Positions 1 through 10,217 of a stretch of DNA of 64,000 nucleotides are shown piece after piece. Every line of letters begins with the position of its first letter. The stretch's first letter is position 1. Origin of the DNA: Inhella sp. (GTDB lineage: Bacteria > Pseudomonadota > Gammaproteobacteria > Burkholderiales > Burkholderiaceae_C). The stretch is taken from NCBI GenBank assembly GCA_041919015.1, contig JAYRUQ010000002.1, forward strand, positions 42,943 to 106,942. Reading direction: 5' to 3'. The notes under the pieces are model-generated. The model had not been told where the DNA came from and made no database searches. It was given only the letters and a program-made list of their open reading frames with translations. Both the position numbers and the translations under genes were made by a program.

Positions 1-2
1 TG

Positions 3-734
<732 letters not shown>

Positions 735-739
735 GGCTG

Positions 740-765
740 GATATACACTTCATAAGTTGTATATC
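740..765. promoter_or_regulatory. Inverted repeat GATATACA-N10-TGTATATC, likely antitoxin operator
   Basis: Perfect 8-bp arms in an AT-rich stretch just before the AGGAG RBS of the AbrB-type antitoxin. Confidence 0.65.
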
Positions 766-776
766 AGGAGAGCGCA

Positions 777-1034
777 ATGCGGGTTTCCAAATGGGGCAAC
801 AGCCTGGCCGTGCGCTTGCCCGCGGCCTTGGTCGAGGCGCTCGAACTCAACGAGGGCGACGACATCGAGCTGGAGCTTCAGGGTGACAAGCGCATCGTCG
901 TGAAGAAGAAGCCCAGCACCGAGGAGCTGTTGGCGCGGCTGCGCAAGTACCGCGGCCGCCTGCCGGCGGACTTCAGGTTCAACCGCGAAGAGGCCAACAC
1001 GCGCGAGCCCTACGCAGCGCCCGAGCCGGAATGA
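777..1034 (+). CDS. AbrB/MazE/SpoVT-family antitoxin (VapB-like)
   Basis: N-terminal KWGNSLAVRLP signature; 85 aa; ATGA overlap with PIN toxin. Confidence 0.9.
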   Translation: MRVSKWGNSLAVRLPAALVEALELNEGDDIELELQGDKRIVVKKKPSTEELLARLRKYRGRLPADFRFNREEANTREPYAAPEPE

Positions 1035-1465
1035 CGCCGCCCCATTTCCTGGACACCAACGTCCTGGTCTACGCGTTCACGCCGGACAGCGACAAGGCGG
1101 GCGCCGCCGAAGCCTTGTTGATGGGCGGGCCACTGGTCAGCGTCCAGGTCCTGAACGAACTGGTGAATGTGCTGCGGCGCAAGCGCGCCTTTGCCTGGCC
1201 CGAGGTCGAGGAGGTGCTGGACGCCGTCGTGCGGCTCTGCAAGGTCTGCCCGCAGACCCTGGCCACCCACGAACTCGCGCGTGAAATGGCTCAGGCCTAC
1301 CGCCTGGGCTGGTGGGACTCGCTGCAACTCGCCTGTGCGCTGGAAGCCGACGCACAAACCTTCTGGAGCGAAGACCTGCAGCATGGTTGGCTGGTGGAAC
1401 AGCAACTGCGCGTCTGCAATCCCTTCCTTTCGGACTCCGAGCCGGTTCGCTCCGGCTCCCACTGA
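1031..1465 (+). CDS. PIN-domain toxin (VapC-like)
   Basis: FLDTNVLVY, VLNE, WDSL and SEDLQHG PIN motifs. Confidence 0.9.
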   Translation: MTPPHFLDTNVLVYAFTPDSDKAGAAEALLMGGPLVSVQVLNELVNVLRRKRAFAWPEVEEVLDAVVRLCKVCPQTLATHELAREMAQAYRLGWWDSLQLACALEADAQTFWSEDLQHGWLVEQQLRVCNPFLSDSEPVRSGSH

Positions 1466-1668
1466 GGCCCGTCCCCTTCCGTGCCATGTCTCGACGGGAT
1501 CAACAAGGCCAAGACCGGGCAAACTGCAGGCCGCGCGCTGTCGCTTCCTGATGGCGGTGCATCCGAGTCAGCAGCCAGAGCGACTGTCGCTGGAGCAGCA
1601 GATCGCTCATGCAGTGGCCCCATGAATGCGCTGCACCTGCGGCTCAGCCTGCTCAGCTCGCAACCGCG

Positions 1669-1687
1669 TTGCTATCATTGATAGCAA
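1669..1687. promoter_or_regulatory. Palindrome TTGCTATCA-T-TGATAGCAA, FitA-type operator
   Basis: Perfect 9-bp arms upstream of the FitA-like antitoxin; TGCTATCA is the known FitA half-site. Confidence 0.75.
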
Positions 1688-1708
1688 ATTCTCTCCAGGA
1701 GATCGAGC

Positions 1709-1951
1709 ATGTCCAGCCTGATCGTGCGCAGCGTGGATGAAGCCATCGTGATGTCGCTCAAAGAGCGTGCCGCCAAGCATGGGCGCAGCATGGAGGCGGA
1801 GCACCGTGCCATCCTGACCGAGGTGTTGGCGAAGCCGCGCCGGCGTTCGCTGGCGCAGGCGCTCGCCGCCATGCCGAATGTGGGCGAGGACCACGATTTC
1901 CAGCGCGCACAGGACTCACAGACCGAGGCCGGCGCGCGTGTATTTGATTGA
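1709..1951 (+). CDS. FitA/StbC-like ribbon-helix-helix antitoxin
   Basis: LIVRSVDE...LKERAAKHGRSMEAEHRAIL signature; AGGAG RBS. Confidence 0.88.
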   Translation: MSSLIVRSVDEAIVMSLKERAAKHGRSMEAEHRAILTEVLAKPRRRSLAQALAAMPNVGEDHDFQRAQDSQTEAGARVFD

Positions 1952-2363
1952 CACCAATGTCATCAGCGAAGCGCGCAAGGGCGCGGCGGCCGACCCCGGT
2001 GTGCGCGCCTTCTTTCGTGACTGCGCCGCGCAGGGCACGAAGCTCTGGCTTTCGGTGGTCACGGTGGGCGAGCTACGGCGAGGCGTCGATCTGATTCGCC
2101 ACCGCGGCGACACGGACCAGGCCAAGCGGCTGGAGGCCTGGCTCATCGGTGTGCTGCGCGACCATCAGCACGCCATCCTTGGCTTCGATCTTGATGCGGC
2201 GCAACTGTGGGGACGGCTGCGCGTGCCGCACCCCGAACACAGCCTGGACAAACAGATTGCTGCCACCGCGCTGCTGCACGGACTCACGGTGGTGACGCGC
2301 AATACCGCCGACTTCGCGGCCACCGGGGTGTCTTTGCTGAACCCCTTCTCGAAGGCTGCCTGA
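1938..2363 (+). CDS. PIN-domain toxin (FitB/VapC-like)
   Basis: GTG start overlapping the antitoxin; YLIDTNVISE, DKQIAATA and VVTRNTADF motifs. Confidence 0.9.
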   Translation: MYLIDTNVISEARKGAAADPGVRAFFRDCAAQGTKLWLSVVTVGELRRGVDLIRHRGDTDQAKRLEAWLIGVLRDHQHAILGFDLDAAQLWGRLRVPHPEHSLDKQIAATALLHGLTVVTRNTADFAATGVSLLNPFSKAA

Positions 2364-2365
2364 GC

Positions 2366-2890
2366 ATGCGCCTGCGCCCCACCATGCTCAGCGACCTGGA
2401 CTGGGTCGTCTCGGTCGAACAGGACGCCGCCAATCGGCCCTTCATCACGCCCTGGGAGCGCACCCAGCACGAGGGGGCGATCCGTTTTCCCGACTGTCGC
2501 CACTTCATCGTCGAGCAAGCCCAGCAAGAGCGCATCGGCTTCGTCATCCTGCAGGGCTGCCGCAACCCGCACGGCTCGGTGGAGCTCAAGCGCCTGGTGC
2601 TGCAGAACAAGGGCCAGGGCCTGGGCCGCGCCTGCGTGCGCCTGCTCAAGCAGCTCGCCTTCACCCAACTGCGCGCGCACCGCTTCTGGCTCGACGTGAA
2701 GTCGCTCAACGAGCGCGCGCACCGGCTTTACCTGAGCGAGGGTTTCGTGGAGGAAGGGCGCTTGCGCGAGTCGGTGCGCGTGAACATCGAGGGCGCCGAC
2801 GGCTACGACAGCCTGATCGTCATGAGCATGCTGGACCGCGAATTCCAGGCGCGCCGCGCCATGGCGCTGGAAGACGGAAATCTTGATTGA
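2366..2890 (+). CDS. GNAT-family N-acetyltransferase (RimJ/SpeG-like)
   Basis: KGQGLG acetyl-CoA motif; [21 protein letters not shown] motif; ATG 2 nt after the toxin stop. Confidence 0.85.
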   Translation: MRLRPTMLSDLDWVVSVEQDAANRPFITPWERTQHEGAIRFPDCRHFIVEQAQQERIGFVILQGCRNPHGSVELKRLVLQNKGQGLGRACVRLLKQLAFTQLRAHRFWLDVKSLNERAHRLYLSEGFVEEGRLRESVRVNIEGADGYDSLIVMSMLDREFQARRAMALEDGNLD

Positions 2891-2897
2891 AGAACCC

Positions 2898-5249
2898 ATG
2901 CAAGAGCAACTGAGCCTGATCGGCGATCCGCCGCCACCCCCGCCGGCCCCGCCGCCGCCCCCCGCACCTTTGGACCCGGACGCGCTGGACCTCGGCGAAT
3001 ACGCGCGCCAGGCCTATCTGGAGTACGCGCTTTCGGTGGTCAAGGGCCGCGCGCTGCCGCAGGTGGCCGACGGCCAGAAGCCCGTGCAGCGGCGCATCCT
3101 CTACGCCATGCTGCGCCTCGGGCTGGCCTGGCAAGGGGCGAACGGATCCAAGCCGGTCAAGTGCGCGCGCGTGGTCGGCGACGTGCTGGGCCGCTTCCAC
3201 CCGCACGGCGACCAGGCCGCCTACGACGCGCTGGTGCGCATGGCGCAGGGCTTTGCGCAGCGCTACCCGCTGGTCGACGGCCAGGGCAACTTCGGCTCGC
3301 GCGACGGCGACGGCGCGGCGGCCATGCGCTACACCGAGGCGCGCCTGACGCCGCTGGCGCGCCTGCTGCTCGACGAGATCGACGAGGGCACGGTGGACTT
3401 CGTGCCCAACTACGACGGCTCCACCGAGGAGCCGCTGCAGATGCCGGCGCGCCTGCCCTTCGTGCTGCTCAACGGCGCCAGCGGCATCGCCGTGGGCATG
3501 GCCACCGAGGTGCCCAGCCACAACCTGCGCGAGGTGGCGGCGGCCGCCGTGGCGCTGCTGAGGAACGAGAAGCTGGGCGACGACGAGCTGTTGGCGCTGG
3601 TGCCCGGCCCCGACTTCCCGGGCGGCGCGCAGATCATCTCCAGCCCTGAGGAGATCCGCGCCGCCTACGCGGTCGGCCGCGGTTCGCTCAAGCTGCGCGC
3701 GCGCTGGAAGGTCGAGGACCTGGCGCGCGGCCAGTGGCAGCTGGTCATCACCGAGCTGCCGCACGGCGTGTCGAGCCAGAAGGTGCTGGAGGAGATCGAG
3801 GAGATCTCCAACCCCAAGGTCAAGAGCGGCAAGAAAGCGGTCACGCCGGAGCAGTTGCAGCTGAAGAACAGCCTGCTGGCGGTGCTCGACGCCGTGCGCG
3901 ACGAGAGCAGCAAGGACGCCCCGGTGCGCCTGGTGTTCGAGCCCAAGAGCCGCGGCGTGGACGTCGAGGAGCTGACCCGCCAGCTGCTGGCGCACACCAG
4001 CCTGGAGACCAGCTGCCCGCTCAACCTGACCATGGTGGGTCTGGACGGCAAGCCGGTGCAGAAGAGCCTGCGCCAGGTGCTGGTCGAGTGGCTGGGCTTC
4101 CGCCAGGTCACGGTCGAGCGGCGCAGCCGCCATCGCCTGCAGAAGGCCGAGGACCGCATCCACATCCTCGAAGGCCGTCAGGCGGTGCTGCTGAACATCG
4201 ACGAGGTGATCCGCATCATCCGCGCCAGCGACGAGCCCAAGCCGGCGCTGATCGAGGCCTTCCGGCTCAGCGAGCGCCAGGCCGACGACATCCTCGAGAT
4301 CCGGCTGCGCCAGCTGGCACGGCTCGAGGCCATCAAGATCGAGCAGGAGCTGGCCGAGCTGCGCACCGAGGCCGAGCGCCTGCGCGACATCCTCGCCAAC
4401 CCGGCCACGCTCAAGCGCCTGGTGATCAAGGAGATCGAGGCCGACGCCCGGCAATTTGGCGACGAGCGCCGCACCTTGATCCAGGCCGAGAAGCGCGTGC
4501 TGGCTGAAATCCGCGTGGTCGACGAGCCCGTCACCGTGGTCGTGAGCCAGAAGGGCTGGCTGCGCGCGCTCAAGGGCCACGAGGTCGACGTGGGCGGCCT
4601 GTCCTTCAAGGCCGGCGACGCGCTTTACGGCGTGTTCCCCTGCCGCAGCGTCGACACCCTGATCGCGCTGGGCTCCAGCGGGCGCAGCTACTCGGTGGCG
4701 GTCAGCCAACTGCCGGGCGGGCGCGGCGACGGCGCGCCGGTGACCAGCTTCATCGAGCTGGAGTCGGGCACCCAGTTGCTGCACTACCTGGCCGGTCCGG
4801 CCAGCCAGAGCCTGGTGCTGGCCGGCAGCCTGGGCTTCGGTCTGGTGGCCACCATCGGCGACCTGAGCGCCGCCAAGCGCGTCGGCAAGAGCTTCCTGGC
4901 CCTGGAGGCCGGCGAGCTGCCGCTGCGCCCGGCGCGCGTCGACCCGGCGCTGCCGCAGCTGGCGGTGCTCAGCGAGCAGGGCCGGCTGCTGACCTTCCCG
5001 GTCACCGAGCTGAAGCTGCAGCCCAAGGGCGGCCGTGGCCTGACCCTCATCGACCTCGAGGCCAAGGACAGGCTGCTGGCCGTGAGCTGCTTTGCCACGC
5101 AGCTGATGCTGTCCGGCATGGCGCGCGGCAACAAGCCCAAGGACGACGTGCTGCGTCTGTCGGGCCTGGCGGCGCACGCCGGCAAGCGGGCCCGCAAGGG
5201 CAAGGACGTCGAGGGATTCAAGCAGGTGCTGGAAATGAAAGGACTCTGA
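2898..5249 (+). CDS. parC: DNA topoisomerase IV subunit A
   Basis: [22 protein letters not shown] (catalytic Tyr), [14 protein letters not shown]; no GyrA box seen; Pro-rich N-terminal linker. Confidence 0.95.
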   Translation: MQEQLSLIGDPPPPPPAPPPPPAPLDPDALDLGEYARQAYLEYALSVVKGRALPQVADGQKPVQRRILYAMLRLGLAWQGANGSKPVKCARVVGDVLGRFHPHGDQAAYDALVRMAQGFAQRYPLVDGQGNFGSRDGDGAAAMRYTEARLTPLARLLLDEIDEGTVDFVPNYDGSTEEPLQMPARLPFVLLNGASGIAVGMATEVPSHNLREVAAAAVALLRNEKLGDDELLALVPGPDFPGGAQIISSPEEIRAAYAVGRGSLKLRARWKVEDLARGQWQLVITELPHGVSSQKVLEEIEEISNPKVKSGKKAVTPEQLQLKNSLLAVLDAVRDESSKDAPVRLVFEPKSRGVDVEELTRQLLAHTSLETSCPLNLTMVGLDGKPVQKSLRQVLVEWLGFRQVTVERRSRHRLQKAEDRIHILEGRQAVLLNIDEVIRIIRASDEPKPALIEAFRLSERQADDILEIRLRQLARLEAIKIEQELAELRTEAERLRDILANPATLKRLVIKEIEADARQFGDERRTLIQAEKRVLAEIRVVDEPVTVVVSQKGWLRALKGHEVDVGGLSFKAGDALYGVFPCRSVDTLIALGSSGRSYSVAVSQLPGGRGDGAPVTSFIELESGTQLLHYLAGPASQSLVLAGSLGFGLVATIGDLSAAKRVGKSFLALEAGELPLRPARVDPALPQLAVLSEQGRLLTFPVTELKLQPKGGRGLTLIDLEAKDRLLAVSCFATQLMLSGMARGNKPKDDVLRLSGLAAHAGKRARKGKDVEGFKQVLEMKGL

Positions 5250-5531
5250 ATGAAGGCGATCTGGAACCAGACCGTGGTGGCCGAGAGCGACGACATCGCG
5301 GTCGTCGAGGGCAACCACTACTTCCCCGCCAGCAGCCTGAGGCGCGAGTTCACCACCTTCAGCAACCACCGTTCGAGTTGTGCCTGGAAGGGCCAGGCGC
5401 AGTGGCTGAGCCTGTTCGTCAACGGCGAGATGCTGCCCGACGCGGTCTGGTTCTACCCCGAGCCCAGCGAGGCCGCCGCCGCCGTCAAGGACCGCGTGGC
5501 TTTCGCGCGCGGGGTGCAGGTCGTCGAGTGA
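5250..5531 (+). CDS. DUF427-family protein
   Basis: VVAESD...VEGNHYFP...SSCAWKG...AVWFYPEP pattern; starts immediately after the parC stop. Confidence 0.85.
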   Translation: MKAIWNQTVVAESDDIAVVEGNHYFPASSLRREFTTFSNHRSSCAWKGQAQWLSLFVNGEMLPDAVWFYPEPSEAAAAVKDRVAFARGVQVVE

Positions 5532-7220
5532 TCAACCGGGCCTGAGCGCGCTCGGGTCGAGGTCCTCGCTCCACACGCGTACGCAAGCCTTGCCGGCGGA
5601 CTTGGCGGCGTACATCGCCGCGTCGGCCTGGCGCAGCAGCTCGGCCACGCCGGCGCATTGCGCTCCATGGTGGGCGATGCCAACCGACACGCCGACGCGC
5701 ACGTCCTTGTGCGCGCCGATCTCGAAGGGCGCGTTGAGCGCCTCGACGATGCGCCGGCCGACCTGCAGCGCCTCGTCGGCGTTGGCCGGGTTGTCGAGCG
5801 CGACGACGAACTCGTCGCCGCCGAGTCGCGCCACACAGTCGCCGGCACGCACCAGCGCGCCCAGGCGACCGGCCACCGCCTTGAGCAGGGCGTCGCCGGC
5901 CAAGTGACCGAGGCGGTCGTTGACGGCCTTGAAACCGTCGAGGTCGAGGAACAGCAGCGCCAGGCGCCGTTCGCTGCGTGGCATCTGCAGCAGCAGCCGG
6001 CTCAGCACGGTTTCGAGCAGGTGGCGGTTGGCCAGACCGGTCAGCGGGTCGTGCAGCGCCAGCTCACGCAGCCGTTCGTTGTCCTTCCAGCGCTCGGTCA
6101 CGTCGGTGAACACCGTCACGTAGCGCAGCATCCTGGCGCTGGCATCGCGCACCGCGCTGACCGTTTGCAGCGCGACGTAGAGCTCGCCGTTGCGGCGGCG
6201 GTTCCAGATCTCACCGGACCACTGGCCGCGTTCGTGCAACTGCTGCCAGAACGCGGCGAAGAAGCTGCGGTCGTGCGTACCCGAGTTCAGCAGACGCAGG
6301 TTGCGGCCGTGGCATTGCTCGGCCTCGTATCCCGTGATGCTGCTGAAGGCGGCGTTGACCGACAGGATGTTGCCCTCGGCGTCGGTGATCGCGATGCCCT
6401 GCGTGGTGCTTTCGTAGACCAGCGCCGCCAGCTCCAGCGCCAGCAGACTCTCCTTCACCTCGGTGATGTCGGTGCCGAGCACGAAGAAGCCCGCCACGCT
6501 GCCGTCGGGTCGGCGGTCCGGCACGTACTGAAGCTGCCAGTGCTTGCGGCGCTTGCCCTTGGCGCCGAGCTGCAGTTCGAAGCGCTGCGGCTCGCCCGCC
6601 AGGGCGGCGTGCGCCCGGGCCTGCTTGCGGGCGAAGCGGCGCGCGCCGAAGGCTTCCTGCATGCTCATGCCCAGCAGCTGCGCGGCCCGCCCGGGCATGA
6701 ATTCCAGCTGCGCCCGGTTGGCGTAGCGGCAGCGCAGCTCGCGGTCCCAGTAGGAGACCAGGCTGGGCAGGGCGTCGCTCAGATTGCGCATGAACTGCTC
6801 GCCCTGCAGTCGGGCCTGCGCCTCGGCCTGGGCGCGCTCGCGGGCCTGCAGCAGCGCCGCCTCGAAGCGGCTGCGCTCGTGGGTGACGAGGAACACCCAT
6901 CGCACCTTGACCCCGCCCGCGTCCTGCGTGCGCCGCGCGTTGAGCAGCACCGGCAGCGTGTCGCCGTGCGCTGTTTTCAACAGCAGATGCAGTTCGCGCG
7001 CCTCAGCTTGTGCATGCAGCAGCGGCCAGATATGGGTCTGCAGCAGGATGCGGCTGGCCGGCGGCAGCAACTGGTTGAGCTCCACACCCGCCGGCAACGG
7101 CTGCGGCCATTGGGCCAAGCGGCGCAACTCGGCATTGGCGGCCAGCAGCAGGCCCATGCCGTCGGTAAGCGCCATGGGCGCCGGCCAGTCGTCCCAGTCC
7201 AGCGCGTCGCCTTCGAGCAT
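5532..7220 (-). CDS. Multi-PAS diguanylate cyclase
   Basis: Three PAS-like segments, HDPLTGLANR, FLDLDGFK, RAGD I-site and GGDEF; ATG 2 nt after the hydrolase stop. Confidence 0.9.
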   Translation of the reverse strand: MLEGDALDWDDWPAPMALTDGMGLLLAANAELRRLAQWPQPLPAGVELNQLLPPASRILLQTHIWPLLHAQAEARELHLLLKTAHGDTLPVLLNARRTQDAGGVKVRWVFLVTHERSRFEAALLQARERAQAEAQARLQGEQFMRNLSDALPSLVSYWDRELRCRYANRAQLEFMPGRAAQLLGMSMQEAFGARRFARKQARAHAALAGEPQRFELQLGAKGKRRKHWQLQYVPDRRPDGSVAGFFVLGTDITEVKESLLALELAALVYESTTQGIAITDAEGNILSVNAAFSSITGYEAEQCHGRNLRLLNSGTHDRSFFAAFWQQLHERGQWSGEIWNRRRNGELYVALQTVSAVRDASARMLRYVTVFTDVTERWKDNERLRELALHDPLTGLANRHLLETVLSRLLLQMPRSERRLALLFLDLDGFKAVNDRLGHLAGDALLKAVAGRLGALVRAGDCVARLGGDEFVVALDNPANADEALQVGRRIVEALNAPFEIGAHKDVRVGVSVGIAHHGAQCAGVAELLRQADAAMYAAKSAGKACVRVWSEDLDPSALRPG

Positions 7221-7222
7221 GC

Positions 7223-8035
7223 TCAACCGAGCGGCGCCCGTCCGAGTTCCTCGCGGATGGCGGCCACTACCAAGTCGGGCGCGCTGAGGTGCGCGCAATG
7301 TCCGACCACCTCGAGCACCTGAAGGCGGCTGCCCTTGAGTTGGCGATGCAGGTACTCACCCACCGCCAGCGGCGCCAGGGCGTCATGCGCGTGCTGCAGG
7401 ATCAGGCAGGGCACGCTGACGCGCGGCAGATCGGCCCGGTTGTCGGCAAAGAAGGTGGCCTCGGCAAACACGCGGGCGGTCTCGGGGTCGGTGGAACAAA
7501 AGCTCGCGTTGAGCTCGCCGCTGACGGCACCGTCGGCGGGGCCGCCGGCCACCACGGGAGCCAGGTAGTCGGCCCAACCGATGAAGTTCTGGTCCATCAG
7601 CGACAGCAGACCCTGCAGGTCCTCTCTCTCGAAGCCACCGTGGTAATCGGGCGGGTGGTTGAGGAAACAGGGCGAGGGTCCGACCAGCACCATGCGACTG
7701 AAGAGGCCGGGGCGGCGCAGGCTCGCCAGCAGCCCGATGCTGCAACTCACCGAATGCGCGATCAGCACCACGTCCTGTTTCAGGTCGAGGGCGTCGCAGA
7801 CCTCCAGCAGGTCCTGCGCGTAGCCGTCCAGGCTGGCATAGCGCGCCGGGTCGAAGGCCTGGCGCTCGGACTGACCGCTGCCGACATAGTCGAACAGCAC
7901 CTGCCTGTGGGTCGCCGCGAAGGCCGGCGTCACATGGCGCCACATGCCCTGGCTGCAGCCGAAACCGTGCGCATACAGCAGGGTCGGGCCGGCGTCACCC
8001 AGCACGGTGACGTGGTTGCGCTCGCGGATGTCCAT
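7223..8035 (-). CDS. RsbQ/KAI2/D14-like alpha/beta hydrolase
   Basis: RNHVTVLG, AHGFGCSQGMW, FDYVGSG, AHSVS nucleophile elbow, PSPCFLN, GHCAHLSAP. Confidence 0.88.
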   Translation of the reverse strand: MDIRERNHVTVLGDAGPTLLYAHGFGCSQGMWRHVTPAFAATHRQVLFDYVGSGQSERQAFDPARYASLDGYAQDLLEVCDALDLKQDVVLIAHSVSCSIGLLASLRRPGLFSRMVLVGPSPCFLNHPPDYHGGFEREDLQGLLSLMDQNFIGWADYLAPVVAGGPADGAVSGELNASFCSTDPETARVFAEATFFADNRADLPRVSVPCLILQHAHDALAPLAVGEYLHRQLKGSRLQVLEVVGHCAHLSAPDLVVAAIREELGRAPLG

Positions 8036-8156
8036 GCCTGGCCTCCGGTAAGGGGGTGTGCAGACCATCTTCGCTCAGCGCCCTGGCGGCAGGGCCTGGG
8101 AACACCCGGGGGGCGCGGTGGCCTTGCAGCGCTTCGCGGCTGTCGACAATCGCGCC

Positions 8157-10199
8157 ATGAATCTCACCTCCTTGCCCGCGCTGCGCCGCGCGCTCGCCAC
8201 GGCCGTGCTGGTGGCACTCGCCCCGGCCCTCGCCGCCGAGCAGCCGCTCGCCTCACTGCCCTATACCCCCAGCCTCGACCCGGCCGCGATGGACCGATCG
8301 GTCGACCCCTGCGAGGACCTCTACCAGTTCGCCTGCGGCGGCTGGATGCAGGCCAACCCGATCCCGGCCGACCAGTCGCGCTGGAGCGTCTACGCCAAGC
8401 TGGCCAACGAGAACCAACGCTATCTGTGGGGGGTGCTGCAGGGGCTCGCCGAGAAGGGCGGCAACCCGCTGGGCGATTACTTCGCCGCCTGCATGGACGA
8501 GGGTGGCATCGAGGCCGCCGGCCTGCAGCCGCTGCGCGTGCTGCTGGCGCGCATCGACGCGCTGGCGGGCAAGCGCCAACTGCCGGCGCTGCTGGCCGAG
8601 TTGCACCGCGCCACCGGGCGCAACGGGCTGCTGTTCGGCTATGGCTCCGGCCAGGACCTGGACGAGCCCGAGCGCGTCATCGGCTTCGTGGCGCCCGGCG
8701 GCCTGTCCCTGCCCGACCGTAACGATTACCTCGACCAGGACGACAAGAGCCGCAAGGTCCGCGCGGCCTATCTGGCCCACCTTGAGAAGATCTTCGGCCT
8801 GCTGGGCGAGGCCGACCCGGCCGCCAGTGCCGCGCTGGTGCTGCGGGTGGAAACCGCACTGGCGCGCCATCGGCTCACCCGCGTGCAGCTGCGCGACCCC
8901 TACCTGACCAAGCACCCGATGAGCGCCGCCGTCCTGCAGCGCCTGACCCCCGGCTTCGACTGGAAGGCCTACCGCACGCAGCTCGGCGGCGCCGAGCCGG
9001 CGCGCCTGAACGTCAACGAACCACGCTACCTGCGCGCGCTGCAGGGCTGGCTGGCGCGCGCGCCGCTGGCCGAGGTGAAGACCTTCCTGCGCTGGCACAC
9101 GGCGGCGGCGCTGGCGCCCTACCTCACGCGCGAGTGGCGCCAGGCGCACTTCGAGTTCTTCGAGAAGACGCTCAACGGCCAGCCCGAACCCAAGGCGCGC
9201 TGGAAGCAGTGCGTACAGCTGGTGGACGCACAGCTCGGCGAGATGCTCGGCCAGGAGTACGTGGCGCGCAACTTCAGCCCCGAGCTGAAGCAGCGCGTGC
9301 TGACCATGAGCCGGCAGATCGAGGTGGCGATGGCCGAGCGCATCCAGACGCGCGCCTGGATGGACGAGGCCACCAAGGCCAAGGCGCTCGTCAAGCTGCA
9401 CGCCATCGTCAACAAGGTCGGCTACCCGGAGCGCTGGCGCGACTACAGCGGTTACCGCGTGGTGCGCGGCGACTTCGCCGGCAACGTGATGCGCGGCGTG
9501 GCCTTCGAGGGCGCCCGCGACCTGGGCAAGATCGGCCAGCCGCTCGACCGCGGCGAGTGGGGCATGACGCCGCAGACGGTGAACGCCTACTACAACCCGC
9601 AGATGAACGACATCAACTTCCCGGCCGGCGTGCTGCAGCCGCCGCTCTACGACGGGAAGCTGGACGATGCGCCCAACTACGGCAACACCGGCGGCACCAT
9701 CGGTCACGAGCTGACGCACGCCTTCGACGACGAGGGCCGGCAGTTCGACGCCCAGGGGCGGCTGAAGAACTGGTGGGAGCGCCAGCAGGAGCTGCGCTTC
9801 AGGAAGCAGGCGCAGTGCGTCAGCACGCAGTACTCGGGCTACCCGGTGGTGGACGACATCAAGATCAACGGCCAGCTGACCCTCGGTGAAGATCTGGCCG
9901 ACCTGGGCGGCACCATCCTGGCCTGGATCGCCTGGAAGGCCCAGGTTGCTGAAAAAACACTGGAGAACCGCGACGGATTGAGTCCCGAGCAGCGCTTCTT
10001 CGTCGGCTTCGCGCAGTGGGACTGCAGCGCCCAGCGCCCCGAGGCGGCGCGTCAGAAGGCGCGCACCGATCCGCACTCGCCGGGCCGTTGGCGCATCAAC
10101 GGCGTGGCGGTCAACATGAAGGAGTTCGAGACTGCCTTCCAGTGCAAGCCGGGCAGCGCCATGACCCGGCCCGACGCCGAACGCTGTTCGATCTGGTGA
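8157..10199 (+). CDS. M13-family metallopeptidase (neprilysin/PepO-like), secreted
   Basis: Signal peptide; VDPCEDLYQFACGGW, VNAYY, GHELTHAFD (HExxH), EDLAD, DPHSP. Confidence 0.93.
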   Translation: MNLTSLPALRRALATAVLVALAPALAAEQPLASLPYTPSLDPAAMDRSVDPCEDLYQFACGGWMQANPIPADQSRWSVYAKLANENQRYLWGVLQGLAEKGGNPLGDYFAACMDEGGIEAAGLQPLRVLLARIDALAGKRQLPALLAELHRATGRNGLLFGYGSGQDLDEPERVIGFVAPGGLSLPDRNDYLDQDDKSRKVRAAYLAHLEKIFGLLGEADPAASAALVLRVETALARHRLTRVQLRDPYLTKHPMSAAVLQRLTPGFDWKAYRTQLGGAEPARLNVNEPRYLRALQGWLARAPLAEVKTFLRWHTAAALAPYLTREWRQAHFEFFEKTLNGQPEPKARWKQCVQLVDAQLGEMLGQEYVARNFSPELKQRVLTMSRQIEVAMAERIQTRAWMDEATKAKALVKLHAIVNKVGYPERWRDYSGYRVVRGDFAGNVMRGVAFEGARDLGKIGQPLDRGEWGMTPQTVNAYYNPQMNDINFPAGVLQPPLYDGKLDDAPNYGNTGGTIGHELTHAFDDEGRQFDAQGRLKNWWERQQELRFRKQAQCVSTQYSGYPVVDDIKINGQLTLGEDLADLGGTILAWIAWKAQVAEKTLENRDGLSPEQRFFVGFAQWDCSAQRPEAARQKARTDPHSPGRWRINGVAVNMKEFETAFQCKPGSAMTRPDAERCSIW

Positions 10200-10217
10200 T
10201 GCGACGCGCCCCGCCTC

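Noticed and set aside
2366-2890. GNAT as a third toxin (TacT/AtaT type)
   Set aside because: Motifs fit RimJ/SpeG-like acetyltransferases and no dedicated antitoxin precedes it
2925-2970. Poly-proline tract at the ParC N-terminus
   Set aside because: Low-complexity linker with no evidence of function
2820-5369. 849-aa minus-strand ORF and similar long Arg/Ala/Pro-rich alternative-frame ORFs across the window
   Set aside because: They overlap well-supported genes and have low-complexity composition
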